NCBI GenBank assembly: GCA_000934665.2
Contig: JYFJ02000441.1
Location: 62,001-126,000 of the forward strand
Length of the DNA: 64,000 nt
Direction of reading: 5' to 3'
Origin: Catajapyx aquilonaris
Taxonomy: Eukaryota
A program made the position numbers and the translations under genes. Below, piece by piece: positions 1 to 10,719 of this stretch. How positions within the stretch are numbered: position 1 is the stretch's first letter; every line of letters begins with the position of its first letter. Under the pieces are notes generated by a model. That model was given only the letters and a program-made list of their open reading frames with translations, was not told where the DNA came from and searched no databases.

Positions 1-188
1 CATAATTTAATTCCTTGACTCTGCCAAAATGGCAATCATTGCTTTGGATTCACGTTAAGAAATGTGAAAAAATCTGTTCCCAACTTCTGACGGCAAGTAA
101 AATGCTGGTTCACTGCAAGTCTTACATGCATCGCTGGAGTTGAGGCTAATCCCAGTCGTCCGGAAGCCACGTGACAATCTCCGTATAC

Positions 189-1067
189 CTCAGTTGGTAC
201 ACCTTGTTTGTCTGACACGAAAACCTCAGCATCACTTTCTTCTTTAATGATGGTCGCCTTTTCATTCCAAGTCTAAATAAAAAGGAAGTTGAAAGCATAT
301 TGATATAGTAGGGGTAAGCTAACTTATGGATTTTGGGAGGTGGCTTATGTCCTTGGCAACCATAATTAGCCCCGCCCCCTGCTGAGTTCTTTGGTATGGA
401 ATTTAGAACGATTGGTGGGGAAATATTTCCCCTCTGCTGGGTAACCAATTGCGTTAGTGTAAACAAACTTGAGGTTTTATTACATAACGCCCATCTCCTT
501 TGAAATTGAATCCTGATTGGTCGACCGGTAGGGGGCGGGGCTAATTATGGTTGTCAAGGACACAAGCCACCTCCCAAAACTCATAAGTTAGCTTACCCCT
601 ACTATAGTAATGAAGCACTGATATGACCAAAAAAGCTGCGACCAGCTTTTTAGCAGATACTGTATCTTCAAATAAGTTGGAGGCCGAAGACTGTCGCCCT
701 ACCTCAATTTCCTCGCTTTCAGTGACTTGTTCAGCCTTCACGATGATGGTCTCATTGCCAGGAATGTTTTCATATTCTGTGGTAGGCAGTATTTCATTTT
801 CCACACACTCTTCCGGTGTGCACTGTTCCATGTCAGCTGCAATTTCTTCCTGAACACGTTTCCCTGAAATTAACAAGTGTGTTTTTGAATACTACTATTT
901 GTCCACCATCACAGTGTGTGCTCACCAGCTTTTCTTTTGCTGATAATCCCTTCAACTCTTCCCATCCTGTCGCACAGTTGGTTCATCTTCTCATCGAGGC
1001 TCACCAACAGCTGGTAAATGGGTTGCATGTAGGCCGGCATCCCAAGCACATCCCTCGACCCCTCCAT
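189..1067 (-). CDS. Uncharacterised spliced gene, 5' part only: N-terminal coiled coil followed by acidic exons. It probably continues beyond the left edge and is a possible paralog of the zinc-finger gene at 3848-5319.
   Basis: ATG at 1067 in a good Kozak context (GCCATGG). Exons 1067-926, 863-703 and 272-189 join in frame via GT-AG introns (donors gtgag, gtaggg, gtatac; acceptors tttcag, atttag). Translation: MEGSRDVLGMPAYMQPIYQLLVSLDEKMNQLCDRMGRVEGIISKRKAG-KRVQEEIAADMEQ...ESEEIE-TWNEKATIIKEESDAE... No domain recognised. Confidence 0.65.
306..604. mobile_element. MITE (~300 bp) with ~75-bp terminal inverted repeats and a TA target-site duplication, inside intron 2 of the leftmost gene
   Basis: 306-380 (tagtaggggtaagctaacttatggattttgggaggtggcttatgtccttggcaaccataattagccccgccccct) is the near-perfect reverse complement of 530-604. 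TA lies at 304-305 and 605-606. Confidence 0.85.
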
Positions 1068-1169
1068 GGCTTCCGTGCAAGCTCAAGACGCTTGACCTTT
1101 TTGACCTATGACCTCTGGCCGTAAATCTATCTACAGAGAGACAAAATTTTGCGTGGACAAGTCGGCAGC

Positions 1170-1470
1170 CATATTGGAAATCGCATTCGGTTGGACGACC
1201 ACCCCGAACTGTTTATATCAAGGAACGACATACCGCACATTAAATTTAATCGACAAATAATGCCGGTCATGTCCGTAATGAATTATTATTAATTGAAAAT
1301 TAATTATGGATGTAAAATTGGGGCCGTATTGTCATATTGGAAGGCACCGACTGATTGGACTGATTATAACAAGGAACGACAAACCGTGCATACAATTTAA
1401 TTTAATTAATAATGTCAGTCATGTAGATAAATAAATTATTATAAATAATTAATTATACAGGTAAAATTGG
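1170..1470. repeat. Degenerate tandem duplication (~150-160 bp x2) in the divergent intergenic/promoter region
   Basis: Both copies begin catattggaa (1170, 1333), share caaggaacgaca (1218, 1370) and end gtaaaattgg (1312-1321, 1461-1470). Confidence 0.75.
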
Positions 1471-1618
1471 CGTTTTGGAACAACGCGATTATTGATTAGG
1501 ATCGGGCACATTCGGACCTCTGTGTTTGACATCGACTCACAAGATGGCGGCCAACTTTTCATGGAACAATTTTTAATAATTTATTTCTGTGATTTTTCTC
1601 CAATTTAAAGTGTTTAAA

Positions 1619-2832
1619 ATGTCCGAGTCTGGCGACAACCGTCGTGGTCCTCGCGGCAGGAACTTCGGTATGAGAGAGCAGATGATCCTGTGCGATCTGG
1701 TGATACTGAACAAGGGTGTGCTTGAGAACAGAAGGACTGATGCGGTCACAAACAGGAAGAAGGAAGATTGCTGGAAGAACATGGAGCTGGACTTCAATTC
1801 GAGGTCCAGCATCAAGAGGAGTTGGCAGCAGCTCAGGTCGGGTTATGAGAGCCTCAAGAAGAAGGCCAAGAAGCAGGCCGCGGCCGAGAAGCAGGCGCAG
1901 ATGATCGCCGGGGGAGAGCCCTACAGGAAGGTCATTGACGAGGTGTCGGAGAAGATTCTGGACCTCATTGGCCATGGGACGGAGCCGCTCAATAATGAGT
2001 ATGATGATGATGGAGACAACGAGCTAAGGCTGGTGTACGAGGGGGACGGTACGCGCTGTACGAAATGTCGCAAATTGTCGACGACTGTACGATAATTATC
2101 TCGTTACAGAGTCGTACAGTATGCCGATAGGGAACCAACATTTGCCGTCAGGTTCCGAAGAGGATCCCCCGCTTCGTGAAGTAATAATTTACATTATCAT
2201 GTCTCCTGCGGATGTTTGGTCTGTATGAATTTCTTGCATTGTCGGATATGTAAATTGGTTTTCTTTAACAGAATGCGGTGAAGGTGAGCACTCAATTAGA
2301 AATGCCGCCAAGATTAACGGTGCATACCAGGAAGCAGAAGCATGAAGACAACAAAGGTATAGCACTGTTTACAATGCGATTGCAAATCAACCATGTTTAC
2401 ATGGGAGCGATTTATCAGCAATGTTGCAGCGATATATATCGCTGAGCGAATTGGTCTCATATCTCAGCAACATGCATCGCTGCAACATCAAATTGCTTGC
2501 ATGCAAATGAGGCGTAATTCCTGGTTAGTGATTGGAACACAATATTTTTGTATTCATGGTTTTTTGTACTGTTCACAGCAACTAAAGCTGACAGATTGTC
2601 GAGAGCCATTGAGGTGCTAAAGGACATGGCGACGCCCCAGGAAGATGAGTTTGACATTTTTGGCAAACTGATAGCGTGCCATGTACGCCAGATGCCTTTG
2701 CTTGAAGCGGTTAACCTGCAGGGCGAGATATTGAAGATGGTCATCAACAAGAGGATCGAGTTACTGAATCAAAATTCCACGCCTGAACGTGTGACGTTTC
2801 TGAACAGCACTAGGAGCAGTGAACCACCCTGA
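1619..2832 (+). CDS. Myb/SANT-like (MSANTD / Myb_DNA-bind_5-type) DNA-binding protein with a BESS-like C-terminal motif, ~279 aa
   Basis: Exons 1619-2048, 2110-2180, 2272-2356 and 2579-2832 join in frame (840 nt). The N-terminus RGRNFGMREQMILCDLV...VLENRRTDAVTNRKKEDCWKNMELDFN...RSWQQLRSGYESLKKKAKK matches the MSANTD trihelix pattern. The C-terminus DEFDIFGKLIACHVRQMPLLEAVNLQGEILKMV resembles BESS-like motifs. Confidence 0.8.
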
Positions 2833-3847
2833 AGGATGATCTTGGGTGTTGTAGTTCAATAATAATCGGCAGCGCCTGATAACCTTCATCAAAATAATGT
2901 GTTTATGAAAAATCACATAAGCATCTGCCTCACTATTGCAGTGGAAATGTTCCACAATACATTACGAAGGCAGCAATAATAAATTTATGCAGATATTTTC
3001 CTACACTGACAATTTGTAATGACTTTTCTGATTGGTTAAAGTGAAACAATACCTTTTTTTTTTTGCAATAGTGAGTCAGAAGCTGAACAGGTTGTCATAC
3101 AAATGGAAGAATGTTTTTAAAATGTTACGTGTGAACATTTGGACAATAACAGCGTTTTGTTAGCCAGCTGATGACAACTGTGGTGTTTATAAATATGAAG
3201 CCTTCTCCTGTGAAGTAACAACAGAACTTGAGTTAGGGCGAATAAACAAAAAACGTAACAAGATGATGTTGGAAAAATTCATTGTTGAAATGGCATATTC
3301 GGTCTTACCTACAATATACGAGGTCAGATTTGATCCTAACGGCATCCCTTGTAACTAGCATGATGCTAATGATGGAAATTAATTCCAGACCATGCCAGGC
3401 TGTAACTATACACATAACATGGCACATGTTGCAGAAACAAGCATCTGCATCCCTTTGTAAAAAAATATATTCCAAAAGTGCTAATCTATGCCTTAATGGC
3501 TGCGATTACAAAAGTTACACTGTTTCCTCACTTTCCGATCTGAATAATTACTGACATACTACTTTCATAATACTTTTTTTTCCCTCCACCCATGTGTACT
3601 ATGCTGAATTGCGGATTCAACTAAACCTACTTGTAACATATTTACATTAGTCTGAGAATTTTTCATACTGAACACAGGTTTCCGTTAATACGAGAATGAG
3701 AATTCTCCATTGTACTTGCAAAGAATTTGTGAAAAAGCATGTTTCACTGTACAAATTTTCAGCACACACTTACATTCTAATGAGCATAATTTAATAATGA
3801 ACTCTTATTTTCAAATAATCAGATCAGGCATGGTTTCTCTAACAATT

Positions 3848-5319
3848 TCACTTCCTCTTATGCTTTACGTACTGGTGGGACTTTAAGGCATGCTCCTCGT
3901 TAAATTTCTGGTGGCATACATCACATCTGTAGATTTTGTGTCTCATATTCATGTGTGTACGCATGGAGCTGAGTTGGGAAAACCTATTTCCACACAGTTT
4001 GCATGAAAAAGGCTGCCTTATCGCCTGTTGAACTTCTCGCATGTGGGCTCGTATGCGTGGTCGAATTTTCTTGCGTTTCTCAGGTGGCGAAACAACATCA
4101 CCACCACTTTCCTCTGGTGGCATTGTGTCTGTTGGCTTGCTCGGACTTGGCTTAGTTTGGGGTGGCCTGGCTTCGCTGCCACTTTGCACCGTGCCTGTTG
4201 ATAGTTGCTCTTGTTTTATATTTTTTTCCTCTTTGTGGCGTGCCACACATGATTTCAATTCTGACAATTCTGACCATTCTTTTTTGCAGCAGTCACACAG
4301 AAATGGCTGTTGATTGTCCTGAAATAAACACATCCTTTTTACACCTGCTAGTTTGTTTCATTAATGTAACATGTAGTAATGTTTCTCAATCAACTTGGGA
4401 ATAATTAGTAAGCTGATAACAATGCGATAAGGCTTAGTTTTTTGATTGCTTCGTTTTATTATTCCCACCGCTTGCATCTGACCAATGCACGAGAAAACTC
4501 CAATGTGGCGAATTACTCACATTTTTTGCTGGTGATTGCTTTGATCTTGTGTGTTTTTTGGGTTGTCCTTGGTTGTTGTTGTCGCTGTCGCATATAGAGT
4601 TGTCACTCTCATTATCTATGGTCAGGTCGATTGTTTCAATCGGCAAGTCCTCCTGTAAAGAACATTGAGAGACATTGAAAACTGAAGTTGGGTCCCTTTC
4701 AATGACGGAAGTGAACATTTGTGATCACAGTTCATGAGCGTTGGAGCTTATTGCTATGCCACTAACTTGTATCTCCACTGAGTCATTGATATCATCCGGA
4801 ACTGGTACATCATTATTCTCTGTTGGGTTGTCCGGGGTAGGTGACAGACGAACCAATTCAATTTCGCGCTCTACATGATGTTCTGTCCCTTGATCTTCAT
4901 GATGATGACCTGCGACATTAAGTGTAAATTAACTTGTAGTTCAAAAGACTGGATTAGTTCTTTCCTTCCTCACCATCCGGTCCTTCTTCTTCACCATCCT
5001 GGCCGCCTTCTTCACCGTCAGGCCCTTCCTTTCCATCGGACCCTTCTTCTTTCCCTTCGCCCTCTGGCACCGAGGCTCTTTTTGGTAATATGTAGGTTTC
5101 TATTATCCATTCGAGATTCATGACCAGTGTACGCATATTGGAGTCCAGGTTTTCCACCACGCCTGCCTGCTGATCCGCCTTTCTCTGAAGGTCCTCCAAC
5201 CTTTCCATCTTGCCTGCCGCCAGATCCACCTTCCTGTGAAGGTCCTCCAGCCCAGCCTCCAGCCTTTCCAGCCTGTCCGCCTGCAGATCCATCTTCCTGT
5301 GAAGGTCCTCCATGGCCAT
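3848..5319 (-). CDS. C2H2 zinc-finger protein with an N-terminal repeated coiled coil and acidic linker, ~363 aa
   Basis: Exons 5319-4974, 4909-4767, 4652-4521 and 4318-3848 join in frame (1092 nt) with GT-AG sites. There are two canonical fingers (CKLCGNRFSQLSSMRTHMNMRH; CDVCHQKFNEEHALKSHQYVKH) and one degenerate finger (CDCCKKEW...H). The N-terminus is an EDLHRKxDLxAxxxERL-type unit repeated about three times, followed by DGEEG repeats. Confidence 0.8.
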
Positions 5320-5429
5320 TGACACCCGAAACGAGACACAAACTGACAAAGGACAAACAAAACAACAAGCCAAAAGCGAGTCCAGTCTATTTTGGGACCG
5401 TTCGGGTGGCCGTACTCCGATGGGAGTCA

Positions 5430-5530
5430 AACGAACCGGAAGTTCACGGCATCGATTGGGCCCGTTCTGGTGGCCATTCCGTGCCATTATAATGGAAGGA
5501 ATCTGAACCGGAAGTGACGACATAACGTAC
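5430..5530 (-). promoter_or_regulatory. Putative TATA-less promoter of the zinc-finger gene, with ETS (CCGGAAGT) sites and a CRE-like half-site
   Basis: ccggaagtt at ~5436 and ccggaagtgacg at ~5508-5519, 120-200 bp upstream of the ATG. Confidence 0.45.
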
Positions 5531-6029
5531 TGGAGCCAAAATTAGCAGCGCGGGTTATTTTGGCTCCGGTAAGTAGCAGTGATTTCAAAATAGCGCGATT
5601 TATAAATCACTGCTACTAGATCGCAGGTTACTGTCCTGCGAACTGGCTGCCCAGTAAATGCAATTTTCACGTCTAATTCTAATTACTGTACAGAAATATA
5701 AACAATTAGATATTACATACAAGTATAATGATTATATGAGCAAAAACATTCCCTTCAGTGAAAATAAGGGCAGTAAGACCTCCGTGGCGGAATGAAAGTA
5801 CTGAAACAAGGCAGGTGCTCGTAAGACCTTCACGTAGGTCTTACTCAAGCAGTTTACAATTTACTCCTCATGAAGTCTCCTTTCTGAAAACAATTTGTGG
5901 AATTTTCGTCGTACTAGTTACTTCTAACTTAGCAGTACCAGTGTTTATTGCTTTCATGTTTTAATTTATTATTTAAAGCATTTAATGGTAATGTTTGCAT
6001 TAAATGATGTGTATTCGCTGTTTAAGCTT

Positions 6030-6177
6030 ATCGGAATGGGTATTGTTAAGGGTCTGGTAGCGGATTAATTAACATTCCATTGTTTTTCTTATGGGGAATA
6101 TTTGATTCGGACTTGGAACTATTCAGGGTTCTAATGGCCTATGGAACGAATTAAGTTCGAAGAGCGAGGCACCACGG
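6030..6177. mobile_element. Terminal fragment of a Tigger/pogo-like DNA transposon relic (left boundary uncertain)
   Basis: Ends ...ggaacgaattaagttcgaagagcgaggcaccacgg followed by TA, with ccattgtttttcttatggg upstream. This layout resembles Tigger-like MITE ends as I recall them. No partner TIR was found. Confidence 0.45.
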
Positions 6178-6256
6178 TACTCAATTAATTAACGGTAAAT
6201 CAAAGGTTTCCTCCATTTTTTAAATGTCTTTAATCTTACATGTTCCATGCACAATT

Positions 6257-7617
6257 TCACTTCATGGGCTTCATCTGCCAGAGGCCGTCGTTCAGATAGT
6301 GGCAGTTCTCTATCCCCACGCCTTTTCCGACTTTCTTTCTGCAAAATATAAACAGTTGGGTTAGCATGACATGAAGTAATAGGTACGAGTCTACCAGACG
6401 TACATGTCTTCTGTTGAGAGTGTCGTTATTCCTACGGCCAGAGCGTGGGACTTTCCTTCTGCCATCACCGCCTGCGCTTTAGTCAAGAAATCTTCATAAT
6501 TAATTGCTAATGTCACACTATATTTTGTTGTAACAAAGTCGGGACATAAATGCAAATATTGATGGCATTCATGACACATAATCGGAGATAATTTATTTTA
6601 AAATTTCCGTATTTGACAGCATAGAAGACGCATGGGCATATAAGACCATTTTAGCAGGAAAATATTATTTAGTGTATTTTCGCATATAAGACGCACGACC
6701 ACTTTCAAAAGTGAGTCTTACATGCTGTCAATTACAGTACTTGCCCTAGTAGCCTCGTGTACAGCATTAATTTCTCTCTCGTTGTTATGAAAAGGATACA
6801 ACCACAGTTCCCTGAGGGACGTGGGTCATCTTGGCCCCTGGAGAAGTGAGTCCAGGACACATGATGTTTGCCCCGCTGAGCACGAATCTAATTGCGCCTT
6901 TGTCCACCTGCTCCCAGGGCAGGATGAAGGGGTACTTGTGCAACAGACGCAGGGTCGGTATCCAGTTATTGTCACGCTGCCGGAAGAACAGCATCTCCCC
7001 ATTGCCGCTCACCAATATCTCGATGTGCTCGTGGCTATAAAAAAATAAATGATCAAACATGCCCATTTTATCCCTCCTATGGGCAAAACAATAATTTACC
7101 ACTTAATGACGCTGAAGGCCTCCTTCTTGGGCAGGAATCCATCGATATACTTCTCCAGGTAGGGGTAGCCCTCCAGCAGCTTGGCTCGGATTCCCTTCTG
7201 AACCGACGACTTCAGCTGCTGCACGCCTGATATGCTCTCCTTCTCATCGAACCTGCAACATAAATAATATGACCGTTACGTCAGTATGTCGATGACTCTA
7301 TGTACATGTACGATGTATGTAGGCTACACACTGTAATGCGGCCCAAATGGCGGTCAATTTATCCAACGTTTTTAAATGTTCAGTTAATGTCAAAATTACA
7401 AGTTAATGTTAGTTTGTTAATCTACAGCTAGTTAACATGTTGATGAATCATTTAGAGGCAACTGGAGGCAACCCCCATTCTTTTCAGCCTCTCTGCAAAA
7501 TATGGACGGCCTGGCCCCCCCGGTTTTTCAAGCCGTACATCTCCGTAAGGATGTGCAGGAACTAAAACCGGGGCTTAAATTTGGTTAAAACCTAATTAAA
7601 ACTCACTTTTTGAACAT
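6257..7617 (-). CDS. MCTS1: Malignant T-cell-amplified sequence 1 (PUA-domain translation reinitiation/recycling factor), 182 aa
   Basis: Exons 7617-7607, 7252-7100, 7034-6800, 6471-6404 and 6338-6257 (549 nt). Translation: [31 protein letters not shown]...[42 protein letters not shown]...[14 protein letters not shown]...[23 protein letters not shown]. Confidence 0.97.
6472..6799 (-). other. U12-type (minor spliceosome) GT-AG intron, MCTS1 intron 3
   Basis: The 5' splice site is GTATCCTTTT (6799-6790). A branch-point-like TTTCTTGAC (6490-6482) lies 10 nt before the end of the CAG acceptor, with no polypyrimidine tract. Confidence 0.9.
6607..6737. mobile_element. Degenerate Tc1/mariner-superfamily (Tc2/pogo-like) MITE inside the U12 intron
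   Basis: The left end ccgtatttgacagcatagaagacgc resembles the reverse complement of the right end (ctgtaattgacagcatgtaagactc). There are internal taagacgc repeats and a TA at the right flank. Confidence 0.55.
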
Positions 7618-7699
7618 TTTTGAGCAGCTGAAAAATACAAGACGGCAAACGATCGATACTATCAGCCAACTACTACGATCGTCGGCCGGCAGACATGTT

Positions 7700-7760
7700 G
7701 GAGCTCGGCCTGGCTCGGTCACGTGATAGGAACTCCAACATGGCGGCCTCCATGCGCCTA
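7700..7760 (-). promoter_or_regulatory. MCTS1 promoter with an E-box (GTCACGTGA) and a YY1-type motif (CAACATGGCGGC)
   Basis: ggtcacgtga at 7717-7726 and caacatggcggcc at ~7736-7748, 100-130 bp upstream of the ATG. Confidence 0.5.
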
Positions 7761-8030
7761 AAATATGGCTTCAATGCAACGTTGCCATTTTCTCAAACAC
7801 TTTGAATGATAATTTAGCTGAAATAATGAGACTTGCGTTTGGAATAAACACGAATATTTCGGCCCATATTTCCCCCACACAATTAAGCTACAATAATGAG
7901 TAATAATAATACAATGCAAATCAAACTTGGGTTTTGAATAAATGCGCATTAATAGCTGTAATGATGAGTAATAATTAGATGCAATGCAAACCACATTTTA
8001 ATAATCACTATGGGTCACATATATAAAAGG

Positions 8031-10668
8031 TTAGTCTCCATCTACGTAGATCAACCTGGCGCATTGCTTGCATGCGGACTGGAGGCCTGGATACATGTAT
8101 TCAAAGCCGGATTCAAGTGTTCTCTTTGGAATCACCTTCTGACCCTCTGCGATCATCGCGGCTCTTTCCGGACCAAACGCAAAGTTCAGCGCAAACCGAG
8201 GCAGTGGGATACGAGCAGGCCGCCACATTGCTTTGGCCAGAGCTTGGGCAAACTCCCTGTTGGTTGCGGGATTGGGCGACACGCCATTTAGGACTCCCTT
8301 GACCTTCTTGGAGGTAATGGCATGTGCGAAGAGGGAGGCCAGGTCATGCACGTGGATCCAGGGCAGCCACTGGGTGCCTGATCCAACCGGTCCCCCAAGA
8401 CCCAGGTAGAACGGGAGGTAGAGCTGCTTTACCATCCCACCCTCTCGACCCAACACCACACCTGGGATAGAAAACAATTAGCACAAGTGTCATTGCACGT
8501 TGTCAGTTACATCTTAATTACCTGATCTAATGATGACATGCCTGACACCTGATTCTTCTGGAAGTTTCCCTGCATCCTCCCAGTCCGCACAAAGCTTAGA
8601 CATGTAATCAGCGTCACTGCCGCCTGGACTATCTTCAGTGTACTCTGCCGTCTGACTAGCTTCGTAATATCCTGAAATACACATTGTATTGTGTACATAT
8701 TGTACAGTACTATAAACTGTATATTGTATTTTACACATAGTATTGTTTACCTTGCATTGTATATTGCACATTGCATTGTATGTTGCACATTGCATTGTAT
8801 TATGTACACAGGATTATATACCTTGTGTTGTATGCATAGGCATACTGAATATTTCATACAATCTTTATTCATGAGAGCCTTATCATAAAACCGACTGACC
8901 GACTCCTGAGATGCAAGCGAACACCTTTGGCTTCTTCTCCACCCTCATGATGGCGTTTGCAAGGGATTGAGTTGTGTTGATCCTGCTTGCATACACATTC
9001 TGCTGGAACCCAGGGGTCCACCTGCGTGTGGGATCCAACACATTCTGACCAGCGACGTTCACCACGGCCTCGCAGTTTTCAGGAAGACCGTTCTTGTTCA
9101 CATCTGTCTGCGAATGAAAGACAATGTATCATTACAAACGTCCATGAAACTCAGCAGTGTCTGTAGTAGTTTATGGCGTTCCATTCATCTTTCCCCTTCC
9201 CCTCGCTCGTGTGTGGTCACCAGGATTTATAACACAGCCAACGTAACGTGGTGGGTAGTTGGAGCATTGAGGGGAAGAGTCGAGGTCACGGTCGAGGTGT
9301 TTACAGGAGAGATGATGTTGACTCCTCACCCTCCAGCATGCAACTGCGGAGTTCCTCCACACATTGTGTATGCGTAGAAAGCAGGCCAATGGGAGCGGGG
9401 CGGTAACAACAATATGCGGGGTCTGGCCAATCAGAGGACTCTGGTTTTTGGCGATGATGTTGCAATTCATTTTCCATTATAGCAGAGTTCCAAAGAAAGG
9501 GTTACCAACATACAGCAGCGTTCCAAACAAAGGGCTGCCAACACACAGCAACGTTCCAAACAAAGGGTTACCAACACACAGCAGAGTTCCAAACAAAGGG
9601 TTACCAACACACAGCAGAGTTCCAAACAAAGGGTCGCCAACACACAGCAGCATTCCAAACAAAGGGTTACCAACACACAGCAACGTTCCAAACAAAGGGT
9701 TGCCAACACAGCAAGGTTCCAAACAAAGGGTTACCAACACACAGCAACATTCCAAACAAAGGGTCACCAACACGCAGCAGCGTTCCAAACAAAGGGTTGC
9801 CAACACAGCAACATTCCAAACAAAGGGTTACCAACACACAGCAGCGTTCCAAACAAAGGGTTGCCAACACAGCAGCATTCCAAACAAAGGGTCGCCAACA
9901 CACAGCAACGTTCCAAGCAAAGGGCTGCCAACATTTTTTTCCACATGTGTATGTGCATGATTAGCATTGGGCATGTTCATCGTGATTATCCAACGTGACC
10001 ATGGACACTCTGAGTAATAGAAGTAAGTGCTAATTAATTCTCGCGAATATTAACATACTTTGGTAACATTCGAAAGGGTCCCCCCCAAGCCCGAAAGGGC
10101 AATCGGGGTCAATAAATAAGTAACATTCGAAAGGGCATACAACCATTTTTTTTTTTGGATACAGTGACCAAATCGGAGGGGACCGGTGTGGATGGTACAG
10201 AGAAGGGTCGAGGAGGCGGCAGAGACTGTGGCAGAGACTGTTCATGTTGTTAACTCATGGGAAGTCAGCAGACAACTGAAGGGGCTGCTTCCCCCATTGC
10301 GCACGCTTGGAACAGTGGGCAATTATAAGACGTGTCGTGGTAATGTCGGGGTAACAATGAAGGGGGGCCAGTAGGAACCGTGCGGTAACAACAATAAGCG
10401 GCTGACCAATCAGAGGGCTTGCACATAGTGTCCACGAGCATTTTAATAATATTATAAAATAAATATTTTACCCATGTCATAGCCCCGTGTCCTGGCTTCC
10501 TTGAGATGATGATAACGCTGTATCCCTTCTTGGTCAGCACCTTGCCCAGCTGGCTTCCGATGAAGCCGCTTCCACCACCTGACGGGAAACGGTGCATTTC
10601 AGTCATACCTGGTGGTCACACGTACCTGTGTCACACCCGCGGTACCCACCGATCAGGACCGTCCCCAT
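8031..10668 (-). CDS. SDR39U1: Epimerase-family protein SDR39U1 (NAD(P)-binding atypical SDR, YfcH-like), ~304 aa
   Basis: Exons 10668-10650, 10578-10472, 9107-8900, 8671-8522 and 8461-8031 (915 nt). Motifs include the Rossmann VLIGGGSGFIG, AVVNVAGQNVLDPTRRW...SRINTT, LCADWE, RSGVVLG, GLGGPVGSGTQWLPWIHVHDL and GQKVIPKRTLESGFEY. Confidence 0.95.
8680..8840. repeat. Degenerate simple repeat (ttgta/ttgcaca-like) in SDR39U1 intron 3
   Basis: Repeated attgtat/attgcac words. Confidence 0.6.
9481..9933. repeat. Minisatellite of 14 copies of a 33-bp unit (some 31 bp) in SDR39U1 intron 2
   Basis: Consensus agcagcgttccaaacaaagggttaccaacacac. The copies are head-to-tail with no unique spacers. Confidence 0.95.
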
Positions 10669-10719
10669 CTCCAGTTGGCTCAAAAAGGACCGGAAAAGAT
10701 GACAAGGTTTGTGATCAAA

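Noticed and set aside
4954..5523. Stand-alone 189-aa single-exon ORF
   Set aside because: Better explained as exon 1 of the spliced zinc-finger gene. The upstream part overlaps promoter/5' UTR motifs, and a GTGAGG donor at 4973 links in frame to the downstream exons.
9481..9933. 33-bp periodic array as a CRISPR array, or the 198-aa ORF 9364-9960 as a repeat protein
   Set aside because: The units are head-to-tail with no unique spacers, there are no cas genes, and the array lies in a eukaryotic intron. The ORFs arise from the 33-bp period, and 31-bp units shift the frame.
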